Positions 40,168-49,734 of a stretch of DNA of 64,000 bases are shown in pieces. This DNA comes from Natronomonas sp. (GTDB lineage Archaea; Halobacteriota; Halobacteria; Halobacteriales; Haloarculaceae). The notes below the pieces were generated by a model. It was given only the letters and a program-made list of their open reading frames with translations. It searched no databases and had not been told where the DNA came from. Where the stretch lies: NCBI RefSeq assembly GCF_046483325.1, contig NZ_JAWODL010000031.1, positions 495-64,494 of the forward strand. Reading direction: 5' to 3'. A program made the position numbers and the translations under genes. Position 1 is the first letter of the stretch. Each line of letters opens with the position of its first letter.

Positions 40168-41204
40168 TTTCCGTCCTCCGTTGAGGTCATGCTCTTTGGC
40201 CAGATCAGTTCGTCTCGCGGCGGGTAGATCCCCTCTGGCTTGAATCGCATTATCAGGATGATCAGGAGTCCGATAGTCAACACACGGACCGGTCCGGTGG
40301 ATATCGCCGCCAACGCCCCGATACTCGTGACAAACCGAGTACCTTCGAGCACCGCGACGAGGACGATTCCACCGACGACCGCGCCGCGATTACTTCCGCT
40401 TCCGCCGAGGATCACTGCCACCCAGATGTAGAACGTCTGAAGCGGTTGGAGATCCGTTGGATCGACGTAGTTGATGAAGTGGGCGTAGTAGACGCCCGCG
40501 ATCGTCATTATTACACAGCCGATGACGAACGCCTGCATCTTGAAACTAAAGCTGTCCTTGCCGAGCGACTCGGCCAGCTCCTCGTCGGCTTTTATCGTTC
40601 GCATGACGCGTCCCCATGGGGACCGATGAATCCGGCGCAACAGCAGGTACACCACGACGGACAGTATCGTGATGATCATCAGGTTCGTCGCCGTCGTGGT
40701 GAGAAATAGTTCTTCGAGTATCCGCGGGATACCTGCTAACCCGGCCATTCCTGCGGTGAAGTCGCTCTCGTTCGCCATGATCAGCCGGAATATCTCCGAG
40801 AAGCCGAGCGTCGCGATGGCGAGGTAATCGGCTCGGAGTCGAATCGCCGGAAGCCCGACGATGATCGCGGCGACGACGCTGAGAACGATCGCGACGACGA
40901 GTGCAACGAGTGGATGCCAATCCAGCCCAAGCGGGGATGTTCGCGCGGTCGAGAGCGCGGTGACGTACATACCAAGGCCCCAAAACGCGACGACTGCGAA
41001 GTTAATTATCCCCCCGTACCCCCATTGGACGTTCAAGCCGAGTGCGAGCATTACGTACATGCCAGAGAGCGCGAGCAGGTACAACAGGTACGAAAAACTC
41101 AGCGCACCGACTGCCACCGCGATCACCGTGAGCGCGGTGAGCGCGAGCAACACTAACGAGGTGGTGCCTATGGACGTCTCGGTTCTCGGCAGGGTAACGT
41201 TCAT
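40164..41204 (-). CDS. livM: ABC permease
   Basis: GYGGIINFA, DYLAIATLGFSE, GGSGSNRG. Confidence 0.88.
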   Translation of the reverse strand: MNVTLPRTETSIGTTSLVLLALTALTVIAVAVGALSFSYLLYLLALSGMYVMLALGLNVQWGYGGIINFAVVAFWGLGMYVTALSTARTSPLGLDWHPLVALVVAIVLSVVAAIIVGLPAIRLRADYLAIATLGFSEIFRLIMANESDFTAGMAGLAGIPRILEELFLTTTATNLMIITILSVVVYLLLRRIHRSPWGRVMRTIKADEELAESLGKDSFSFKMQAFVIGCVIMTIAGVYYAHFINYVDPTDLQPLQTFYIWVAVILGGSGSNRGAVVGGIVLVAVLEGTRFVTSIGALAAISTGPVRVLTIGLLIILIMRFKPEGIYPPRDELIWPKSMTSTEDGK

Positions 41205-42109
41205 GTCGCCGCCCTCCCGAGTATTCCGCTCGGTCTGACCAGAAGGATGAGTATCATGATGACGAATGCGACCGCGGCGCCGTATTCGGAGTCGAGTCCG
41301 GGCAGCAGCGTTGTCATCTCGTGTGCGAGCCCGATCGCGAACCCGCCGAGCATGGCGCCGTAGATGCTACCGATCCCGCCGAGAATCACGGCGGCGAATA
41401 CGAGAAGCAGGATGTCGAACCCCATGAGCGGCCGAACGAGTGTGAACAGGCCGAGGAAGATACCGCCGAGGGCGGCGAGCCCGCCGCCTCCGACCCACAT
41501 GGTCAACACGGTTTCCCGCGGTCGAATGCCGCTTATTCTAGCGAGGTCGCGATTATCGGCGGCCGCACGCATTTTCTTCCCGAGCATCGAGTACTGCAGC
41601 ACGAAGTGCAGCAGTAGAACAACGATCGCGGTGGTCAACACGATAACGAGCATCCGGTTCGTGATCGCCAGACCGGTCGCCTCCCGAATCGGACCGATCG
41701 GTCCGCTTCTCGGGAACGAGTAGGTGTTCGCGTCCGCCCCGAATCCGATCCACACGAGTGACCGATACACGAGCGCGACGCCGAAGCTCGTAATCAGCAG
41801 CGCTATCGGTCCGCTGTCGAGCGGTTTGAAGATGAGGTAATGTGTCCCGACGGCGACGACGATGCCGACCACGACGCCGACCGCGATCGTCGCGAGCAGG
41901 ATGAGTGAAAATACGCTCTCCGGTTCGAATCCCAGTCGAACGAGCCCCAGGTTCGCCATCAGTCCGCCGTACGCGCCCAGGACCATCAGATCTCCGTGAG
42001 CAAAGTTCGGGAAATCGCCGATGCTGTACACGAGCGACAGTCCCACGCCGCCGAGAACGATGATGCTCCCGTATACTATTCCGTCTATTGCTAGTTGTAG
42101 CGCTGACAT
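41201..42109 (-). CDS. livH: ABC permease
   Basis: NFAHGD, MRAAADNRDLA.ISGI, GGIGSIYG. Confidence 0.88.
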   Translation of the reverse strand: MSALQLAIDGIVYGSIIVLGGVGLSLVYSIGDFPNFAHGDLMVLGAYGGLMANLGLVRLGFEPESVFSLILLATIAVGVVVGIVVAVGTHYLIFKPLDSGPIALLITSFGVALVYRSLVWIGFGADANTYSFPRSGPIGPIREATGLAITNRMLVIVLTTAIVVLLLHFVLQYSMLGKKMRAAADNRDLARISGIRPRETVLTMWVGGGGLAALGGIFLGLFTLVRPLMGFDILLLVFAAVILGGIGSIYGAMLGGFAIGLAHEMTTLLPGLDSEYGAAVAFVIMILILLVRPSGILGRAAT

Positions 42110-42174
42110 CGTCTAATAGTGATGGTATACTCGTAAGGGTACCATTATAGATCTTCCGCTGGGGTTATTTTTTC

Positions 42175-42288
42175 TGCGATCTGGACCACGTCGGTTCCCT
42201 AGATGATGCTCCCGTCGATCGCGATCCGGACACCGCTGCTGACCGAAATAAACAGCATCGGGACGGCTTCCTGGTCTGTCAGTCACTG
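42175..42288 (-). pseudogene. Diverged fragment of the binding-protein gene (copy of ~44838-44951)
   Basis: First 26 nt identical (tgcgatctggaccacgtcggttccct), then scattered mismatches; contains an in-frame stop. Confidence 0.85.
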
Positions 42289-43467
42289 TCACCAGTTGAT
42301 CGCTAGTTTCGGTTCGATCCCGTTGTCCTCGGCGACTGTCTGGTATCCCTGGATTATTTCCTCCGTGGTGTCCAACGCCTCATCCGGCCTGAACGATTTT
42401 ATATCGACTCCCAGAATCTCGTCCATTGCATCGCGAGCGGTTTCGGTAAACAAGATTGCCCCGTCGTTTTCGATCCGCTCGATGCCGTCGTACCTGTTCG
42501 CCTCTTGGCTCAGCCGCTCCGCCTCGTTAAGCGATATGTCGTCCGGGAGTACGACCTCCGCGCCATCCCGATCCAGCCGCACCGGGTAACCGCCCTCCAT
42601 CCCATTGGGTCCTGGAGCGTGGATCACCAAGCCAGAGTCGCACAACACGGACTTGACGATCCTTGCTGAGAGCGTTCCGGTGAGGACGCTGATTTCCCGA
42701 GCCGACGGTTCGGTCGGGAACGGGAGTCTGCGGGATTCGAACTCGGCGTCGATGTCGATCTCGTCTGATACGTCCCGTCCGTCAACGAGGACTTTAGCGT
42801 AGAAGGGTCTGTCCTCGGTGCTGCGATAAAATAAGATCGGGTGGATGACCGAGTGGGCAGCAACCACGTACGCCGATACCTCTGTCATCGGTACATCATA
42901 CATATCGCTCGCGACACGTTTTATCGGTGGAACGAGGTGGCCGACGTTCCCCGTACCTACGAGGGGCTGGTAACCGGCCCCCGCCAGCGCTGGATTCACC
43001 ACATCCGGCATCGAGGCGTTTATGACGTGAGGGTCGGTCCTATCGGCCCGCTCTATCCCGCGCATCACATTGTAGACAAGTGGGATCTGTCCGGGAACGA
43101 TAGGGGCGTATCCCGGCCCCGTCGCGGTGAACCCGATGAGTCTGTCACGCTGTTCTTCGGGCAGTTCCTCGAAAGGAGCGTACCGGAGCAGCGTCGCCGC
43201 CGTAAAAACGATATCCGGCTCAACGGACTCGATCAGCTCGACGATGTCATCCACATCCAATAGATCGAGGGGTTCGAAACGTATCTTCGGGTTTTTGCCG
43301 AGATGGAGTGACCGGTATCTAGCCGTGTTCGACCTTGTCTGCCCGAGTTCGGCCATAACATCCGCGGCGATGATCTCGTCGATCGCGGGATCACCACAGA
43401 GGATCTGGATCGTTTCGTAGCCCACGCCGCCCAGGCCGGCGATGAGTACTGTTCTATCTCGCACCAT
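42289..43467 (-). CDS. Uncharacterised NAD(P)-binding protein, probable LDH/MDH-like fold
   Basis: IAGLGGVG Rossmann motif, INASMPD, AAH, HAPGPNG.EGGYPV C-terminal pattern. Confidence 0.65.
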   Translation of the reverse strand: MVRDRTVLIAGLGGVGYETIQILCGDPAIDEIIAADVMAELGQTRSNTARYRSLHLGKNPKIRFEPLDLLDVDDIVELIESVEPDIVFTAATLLRYAPFEELPEEQRDRLIGFTATGPGYAPIVPGQIPLVYNVMRGIERADRTDPHVINASMPDVVNPALAGAGYQPLVGTGNVGHLVPPIKRVASDMYDVPMTEVSAYVVAAHSVIHPILFYRSTEDRPFYAKVLVDGRDVSDEIDIDAEFESRRLPFPTEPSAREISVLTGTLSARIVKSVLCDSGLVIHAPGPNGMEGGYPVRLDRDGAEVVLPDDISLNEAERLSQEANRYDGIERIENDGAILFTETARDAMDEILGVDIKSFRPDEALDTTEEIIQGYQTVAEDNGIEPKLAINW

Positions 43468-43599
43468 ACGCGAAACAACCAACATCCTTATTTAATGTTT
43501 TCGGAATTTCTAGGAGCATGCCCCGCCGTTCACAGGGCTCTATTGAACCCACTGATGGCGTAGGGACTGGTCGTCTGAACGGGGGATGTGAAAGGAGTC

Positions 43600-43694
43600 A
43601 ATGGTTCGGGGGCTTCGACATCGTTCCCCTGAAAGGGGCGTAGAACGTGTCAGTACGGCGTTTCAGTTCTTGAAGCCAGCGTTCGGGGTTCTCA
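43600..43694 (-). mobile_element. Short IS6-like transposase C-terminal relic
   Basis: Minus-strand peptide PERWLQELKRRTDTFYAPF resembles the ERxxxExKRRxxxF motif; no ends found. Confidence 0.45.
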
Positions 43695-43991
43695 CGCTAC
43701 GGCGACGGGTGATCTGTGTACGGGTAAACCTGGTGACGACCGTGTCCTAGCTCGCCTGTCTGTACGATCGGCGGTTCGCGGCGACACACTCGGGGATTCC
43801 TGGACAAAATCGTCGATTTATCAGGGTGTTTCTCGACGGCGCGACCGACGCGTGCAATAGACGGCGCACTTCTCGATTCGGGGAGGTTCATGTCGATCAA
43901 TTCCAAAAGGAGCCAAAGCGTCCAAACTTCCCGCTACGTTAACACTGCCTGGGTGATATCGGATAACGATTTACTGTATATGGAGGCGATA

Positions 43992-45326
43992 TTAAATATC
44001 GTCTCCCGAAATCGTCTCCTCTGCGATCTGATACTCGTGGTCCTCTACGGAGTACACTTCGTACACGCCGACCGGATCGCCGTTCTCGTCGAGCTGTCCC
44101 GGGCCGCCCGTGCCGATGAAGTCAACGTCGTCCGAGCTGCCATCTTGGAGGATCTCCTTTGCCGCTTCGAACGTACTAATCTGTTCTCCCGGCGGTCTCG
44201 TGACCTCGCGGATGTGTTCGGCAATGCCCGGCCCCGTGAACTCGTCGGCGGCCTCGATCGCCATCGCCACCCAGTGCACCGCGTCGTACACGTACGCCGA
44301 GTAGACGGTCGGCGATTCGCCGTACTCGTCTTCGAAGCGGGCTTCGAACTCGTCGTACACGTCGGAATCCGAGGGCGGCCCCTCACGAACGCCCTTGAGG
44401 TTCTCTTGGCTTCCCGGCTCCGTGTTCTCGAGAATCGTGTCGGCGATGACGCTCTCTGCACCGTAGTAGTCGACCTCCTCGTGGTACCCCTGATCGTAGG
44501 CGTTGTTGAACATGACCGTCGCCTCGTCGGCGTACGTCACGAACACCCACGCAGTCGCATCCGTCGCTGCCATGTCCGAAAGATCCGGCGCGTAGCTCGC
44601 CTCACCTGGGTCGTGTGAGCCGTTGTACGCGACCGTTCCATCGTACTCATTCTCGAAGATATCCTGGATCCCGTTGCCGAGTGCCTCGCCGTAATCGTTG
44701 TTGATCCACGTGATCGCGATGGTATCGTGACCGTCGTTGGAGATCATGTCCGCCATGACGACACTCTTTCCGGCACCGCTCGGGACTGGCCGGAGCAAGT
44801 CGGGGTAATCGGACACGGTCGCCCCCGAACTCGACTGTGCGATCTGGACCACGTCGGTTCCCTGGATGACGCTCTCGTGGATCGCGATCGAGACACCACT
44901 GCTGACGGCGCCGAACAGCATCGGAACGCCTTCTTGATTTATGAGCCGCTGTGCGGCGTTGACCCCGGCTTCGTTCGAACTCTCGCTGTCTTCGATGATG
45001 ACGTCCAACTCCAGGTTGTCCGGCCCGATACCGATCGCATTGATGTCCTCGAGCGCGAGTTCGAGCCCACGAAGGTTGTACTGTCCGTATGGTGCGAGCG
45101 TCCCGGTTTCCGGCGTGATCATGCCGATCGTGTAGGCGTCGAGATCACTGCCGCCGCCGTTTCCGCCATCGCCGTTCCCGTTCCCGTCGCCGTTGCCACC
45201 GCCGTTTCCGCCACCGTTGCCGCCGTTGCCATTACCGTTACCCCCCTCGATGCAACCCGCCAGAGAGCCGATAACGGAGACGCCAGTTCCAGCCAGTACT
45301 GCTCTACGTGATATGTTACTATCCAT
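43992..45326 (-). CDS. Liv-type ABC substrate-binding lipoprotein (Tat signal)
   Basis: ISRRAVL, LAGC lipobox, GN linker, GAVSSGV, AYVYDA; true start is well inside the listed ORF. Confidence 0.9.
   Translation of the reverse strand: MDSNISRRAVLAGTGVSVIGSLAGCIEGGNGNGNGGNGGGNGGGNGDGNGNGDGGNGGGSDLDAYTIGMITPETGTLAPYGQYNLRGLELALEDINAIGIGPDNLELDVIIEDSESSNEAGVNAAQRLINQEGVPMLFGAVSSGVSIAIHESVIQGTDVVQIAQSSSGATVSDYPDLLRPVPSGAGKSVVMADMISNDGHDTIAITWINNDYGEALGNGIQDIFENEYDGTVAYNGSHDPGEASYAPDLSDMAATDATAWVFVTYADEATVMFNNAYDQGYHEEVDYYGAESVIADTILENTEPGSQENLKGVREGPPSDSDVYDEFEARFEDEYGESPTVYSAYVYDAVHWVAMAIEAADEFTGPGIAEHIREVTRPPGEQISTFEAAKEILQDGSSDDVDFIGTGGPGQLDENGDPVGVYEVYSVEDHEYQIAEETISGDDI
45150..45245 (-). repeat. 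Gly-Asn(-Asp) linker tandem repeat
   Basis: GNGNGNGGNGGGNGGGNGDGNGNGDGGNGGG after the lipobox. Confidence 0.8.
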
Positions 45327-45553
45327 CGCTGTTACCGCATGGTGGATGAGAGCACATATACATTCCGGTCTATTGTAACATCTACCACACCACGTCGAAT
45401 ACTCGAATAATCGTCGGCATAAAGGGTTTTTCTCGACGGGTTGTCCGCCGAACGTATCACTGATAGCCGCTTTCGACAATCCGTCTTCCCGGGTCTTCGA
45501 TACCTCCCGTCGCTCGGTTGCGGATGCTCCTAATTTACCGTGTGGATCGCTCG

Positions 45554-46231
45554 TCAGCGGGCGCGTTCGGCAGCCTCCCCGATCGCTTCCGATAGCGTCG
45601 GGTGGATGTGAACAGTCGCGTACACGTCCTCGAGCGTCGCTCCCATTTCGACCGCCAACCCGACCTCTGTTATCAACTCCGACGCCTCCCGGCCAACGAT
45701 CTGCCCGCCCAGGATCACCCTCGCTCGACCGTCCGCGACGATCCGAACGAACCCAGTGTCGGCGGCGGCGGTCAGGGCTCGTTCGTTCGATCAAAAGGGA
45801 ACTTGTCCGACTATCGGCTCGACCCCAGCTTCGCGTGCTTCGGCTTCCGTCCGCCCGACTGTCGCGATTTCAGGGTCGGGAAAGACCGCGGCGGGAATCG
45901 CGTACCGATCGAGCGCCGCCGCTTCTCCCGCGACCCCCTCAGCGGCGACGATACCTTCGATGCTCGCGACGTGCGCCAACATCGGTTCGCCGGTCACGCC
46001 GCCCGCAGCGAAGATGTGTTTCTGACTAGTTCGGGCGCGGTCATTCGTGGGGATGAACCCCCATTCGTCGGCCTCGATCTCTGCGTTTTCGATCGAGAGT
46101 GTATCGAAACCCGGCTCTCGACCGAGGGCGACTAACACTCGGTCGGCGGCGTAGGTCGAGCGATCGCCGGACTCCGTCTCGGTAATTAACATCCCGTCGT
46201 CACTTCCATACTCGAACTCCTTGCTCGTCAT
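45554..46231 (-). pseudogene. lpdA: Dihydrolipoamide dehydrogenase remnant (5' half deleted, frameshift near 45791)
   Basis: VLVALGR, IFAAGGV.GEPMLAHVA, GF.RIVAD, HIHPTLSEA in two frames; no FAD-binding N-terminus or redox CxxxxC. Confidence 0.85.
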
Positions 46232-46237
46232 GTGGCC

Positions 46238-47251
46238 TTAGAACTCGAGTGTCTCTCGGATCCCGTGCTCGATTCGGGCCGCACTCGGCAGATAGTAGTC
46301 CTCGAGCGCGTACAGCGGGAACGGTGTGTCGTATCCGGTGACGCGCCCGATTGGCGCTTCCTGGTAGAGCATGGCTTCGCGCTGAATCGTGGACGTCAGT
46401 TCGGCCGCCATCCCCGCAGTTTCGGGTGCCTCGTGGACGACGACGCCGCGCCCAGTTCGCTTGAACGCCTCGACGATCGTCTCTTCGTCGAGGGGATAAA
46501 TGGACCGCACGTCGACGACGTGACAGTCGATGCCGTCTTTAGCGAGCTTCTCCACGGCTTCCATCGTCGGTCGAGTCATCGCCCCCCAGGTAAACACGGC
46601 GACGTCCGTCCCCTCGCGAAGCACCTTCGCTTCGCCGATCGGGATCGTGTATCGCTCATCCGGCACCTCGTGTTTGAACGAGCGGTAGATGAGCTTCGGC
46701 TCGAGAAACATCACCGGATCCGGGTCCTCGATCGCGCTGGCGAGGAGTCCCTTCGCGTCGTACGGCGTCGACGGCACGACCACCTTGAGCCCCGGCTGGT
46801 GTGCAAAGAACGCCTCCGTCGATTCGGAGTGGTGTTCGGGCGCGCGGATACCACCGCCGTACGGGACTCGAACCGTCAGCGGGCAGGTAAAGCGTCCCCG
46901 AGACCGCGTTCGAAACCGCGCCGCGTGGTTTACCAACTGGTCGAACGCGGGATAGACGAACCCCATAAACTGGAGCTCAGGTACGGGGCGGAGCCCCCGG
47001 ACCGCCATCCCGATCGACGTGCCGATGATGGCCGACTCCGCAAGCGGTGTGTCCATGACCCGATCCGGACCGAACTCGTCCAACAACCCCTCTGTTGCCC
47101 GGAACACACCGTCGTTGTCACCGACGTCTTCGCCGAGGACGACGACCCGCTCGTCGCGTTTCATCTCCGTGTCCAGTCCCTCCCGAACCGCCTGTACCAG
47201 CGTCAACGTCTGCGTTTCGACGGCCGCCGGATCTTGATTCGTTGCTCCCAT
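46238..47251 (-). CDS. pdhB: 2-oxoacid dehydrogenase E1 beta subunit
   Basis: GEDVG..DGVFRATEGL, DTPLAE, EHHSES, VHEAP, RVTGYDTP. Confidence 0.92.
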   Translation of the reverse strand: MGATNQDPAAVETQTLTLVQAVREGLDTEMKRDERVVVLGEDVGDNDGVFRATEGLLDEFGPDRVMDTPLAESAIIGTSIGMAVRGLRPVPELQFMGFVYPAFDQLVNHAARFRTRSRGRFTCPLTVRVPYGGGIRAPEHHSESTEAFFAHQPGLKVVVPSTPYDAKGLLASAIEDPDPVMFLEPKLIYRSFKHEVPDERYTIPIGEAKVLREGTDVAVFTWGAMTRPTMEAVEKLAKDGIDCHVVDVRSIYPLDEETIVEAFKRTGRGVVVHEAPETAGMAAELTSTIQREAMLYQEAPIGRVTGYDTPFPLYALEDYYLPSAARIEHGIRETLEF

Positions 47252-47254
47252 TGG

Positions 47255-48361
47255 TCAATCCCGTAGGAACGCCTCGTCACCGTAGCGTTCGTGCAGTTTA
47301 CGGAACTCGTCGCGCTGTGCTTGGATTCGGTCCGGAAGCTCCTCGAAGACGTACTCGAAGATGTCGTCGGGGTCCGGTTCGTTCGCTTCGGCGATCTCAA
47401 CCGCCGCTTCGATCTCCTCGGTGTTCGCCTCGTCGATCGCGCCGATCTGCTCGTCGCTCAGAATCCCTCGATCCCGCAGGAACGTCTCCAAGCGCAAGAT
47501 CGGATCGCGCTTCCGCCACGGCTCCGTCTCGGCCTCTTCGCGGTAGTTGGACGGATCGTCGCTCGTGTTGTGCGCCCCCGAGCGATACAACAGCGCCTCG
47601 ACGAGTGTCGGACGGAGCTGGTCAGGGCCGGGGGTGCGCGCCTTCCCGAGCGCCCGTTTGGTCACCTCGTAGACGGCGAGTGGGTCCATCCCGTCGACTC
47701 GGACCCCCTCGAAACCGTATCCCGCCGCACGCGACGCGAGAGTCGACGCTGCTGTCTGCTTTTCGATCGGCGTGGAGATCGCCCACTGGTTGTTCAGACA
47801 AAAGAACACGTTCGGCGTATCGAACACGCCCGCGAAGTTGAGCCCCTCGTGAAAGTCACCTTCGCTCGTCGCGCCGTCGCCGAAATAACAGATGACGGCG
47901 CTGTCGTCGTTATCATCGAGTTTCGACACCATTCCCGCGCCGGTGGCGTGTGGGATCTGATCGCCGATCGTGATGCAGATCGGGAACACGTTTGTACCCT
48001 CCGGGACGACGCTTCCCTCCTCGTAGCCCATGTAGTATTGCAAGATGTGTTCGAGTCCGAGTCCGTGGGTGATCGTCGCGCCGTGATCTCGGTAGTACGG
48101 GACGATCCAATCGTCGTCATCTAAGGCGAAAGCGCTTCCAACGAGCGCTCCCTCGTGGGCCTGCATCGTCGAGTACGTCCCCATACGACCCTGGCGTTGG
48201 AGGCTCACGGCTCGCTCGTCGAACTGTCGACAGAGCCGCATCTGGCTGTACATGTCGACGAATACGTCGTCTTCGAGATCCGGCGGCGATTCGCCTTCCA
48301 GGACTCTTCCCTCGGTGTCAAGTATCTGTTCGTCCGCTCTGAAATCTGGTTCGATACTCAT
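47255..48361 (-). CDS. pdhA: 2-oxoacid dehydrogenase E1 alpha subunit
   Basis: QRQGRMG, GDGATSEGDF..NN, GAHNTSDDP. Confidence 0.92.
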   Translation of the reverse strand: MSIEPDFRADEQILDTEGRVLEGESPPDLEDDVFVDMYSQMRLCRQFDERAVSLQRQGRMGTYSTMQAHEGALVGSAFALDDDDWIVPYYRDHGATITHGLGLEHILQYYMGYEEGSVVPEGTNVFPICITIGDQIPHATGAGMVSKLDDNDDSAVICYFGDGATSEGDFHEGLNFAGVFDTPNVFFCLNNQWAISTPIEKQTAASTLASRAAGYGFEGVRVDGMDPLAVYEVTKRALGKARTPGPDQLRPTLVEALLYRSGAHNTSDDPSNYREEAETEPWRKRDPILRLETFLRDRGILSDEQIGAIDEANTEEIEAAVEIAEANEPDPDDIFEYVFEELPDRIQAQRDEFRKLHERYGDEAFLRD

Positions 48362-48461
48362 GTGTTATGTTTCTGTAGTCTCCCGCCTAGCTCGCGGCCG
48401 CTCCGTCGGCATCCACAGTGTCGACGCCCGGCGGAGTGTCGACCTCGATCTTCGCCATCCG

Positions 48462-49556
48462 TCACCACTGTGGCTTCCGCGTCGTGTGCACCTTTTCGCG
48501 CATCGCCCTCATCGCCTCAATCCGCTGGCTGGCGATCCCGTTGGCGATCGCGTAGGTCGGCTCGTCCGTCTCCGCCGCTCGCTGTCCGATCGTCATCATC
48601 CGGTCGTAGATGCCGTCGATCATCGCGCGGGCTCTGTGATGTTTGTAGCCGCCCCTGCGGAGGAGATCCGTGTCGTCGATCGTCCGGCCAGAGTTGGCGA
48701 GGTAGTCGGGTGCGTACAGGATGTCCTCCTCGTGGAGCATCGTTCCGTGGCGCTCCTCGTCGTCGAGTTGATTGTTCGCCGCTCCGCAGACGATGTCGCA
48801 CTGTAGCCGCGGGATCGTCTCGTCGTTCAACACGAACCCGAGCGCCGAGGGCGCGAACACGTCGCAGTCGACGTCAAAGACGTCGTCGGGGTCGACCGAG
48901 CCGACGCCATACTCGCTTTCGAGGTAATCGACTTGCGCCTCATTGATGTCTGAGACCGTCACCTGCGCCCCTCTCTCGTGGAGGTACTGAACGATGCTCG
49001 TCCCCATCTCGCCGACGCCCTGCACGACGATGTGCAGATCGGAGAGCTCCCGATCGTCGTACGTGAGGTCACAACAGGCTTCCATCGCCTTGATCACGCC
49101 GAGTCCGCCGCCGTGATATCCATCGGGGTGATCGAACTGCTCGGGTAGTCCGATGATGTAGTCGGTCTCGTCGCCGATCCAGCGCATCGCTTCCTCGTTC
49201 GTCCCGACATCCGCTCCCGTGACGAACCGACCGCCGAAACTGTCGACCATGCGCCCGTACGCGCGATATAGCTCCTCGCTGCGCTGGTCGGGATCGTCGA
49301 CCCAGATCACGGCCTTCCCGCCGCCCATGTTGATCCCGGAGATCGCGTATTTGTAGGTCATCGCACGCGAGAGCCGAAGCGCGTCGACGATGGCTTCCTC
49401 TTCGGATTCGAAGGCATATCGTCGGGTTCCGCCCGCGGCCGGACCGAGCGTCGTGTCGTGAATCGCGATGAATCCGCGAAGCCCGACTTCGTCGTCCCGG
49501 AACGCCTTGAATTCGTTGTGGCCATGCTCGGCTAGTAACGCTTGCAGATTTACCAT
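48462..49556 (-). CDS. Leu/Phe/Val dehydrogenase
   Basis: IAIHDTTLGPA.GG, MTYK, GGGKAVI, GADVG, QGVGEMG, GAANNQL, PDYLANSG. Confidence 0.9.
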   Translation of the reverse strand: MVNLQALLAEHGHNEFKAFRDDEVGLRGFIAIHDTTLGPAAGGTRRYAFESEEEAIVDALRLSRAMTYKYAISGINMGGGKAVIWVDDPDQRSEELYRAYGRMVDSFGGRFVTGADVGTNEEAMRWIGDETDYIIGLPEQFDHPDGYHGGGLGVIKAMEACCDLTYDDRELSDLHIVVQGVGEMGTSIVQYLHERGAQVTVSDINEAQVDYLESEYGVGSVDPDDVFDVDCDVFAPSALGFVLNDETIPRLQCDIVCGAANNQLDDEERHGTMLHEEDILYAPDYLANSGRTIDDTDLLRRGGYKHHRARAMIDGIYDRMMTIGQRAAETDEPTYAIANGIASQRIEAMRAMREKVHTTRKPQW

Positions 49557-49734
49557 GTCGTCGATTACCATACAGACCAGGTGTTGTTATGTGTTTTGGA
49601 ACGTGTCCCCTGGCGCTTCACCTTTCGACTCGTCGCCACTCCCCGAAGCACGGTCGCGGCGATACACTGTGTCCGTCGAACTCGAACTCCACTCGCCGAT
49701 ACTATTTTGTACGTGGAAGCGGCAGATCCGTCGT

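Noticed and set aside
43697-43906. 69-aa minus ORF ending GELGHGRHQVYPYTDHPSP
   Set aside because: May be a gene relic, but I cannot assign a family; not enough support to call.
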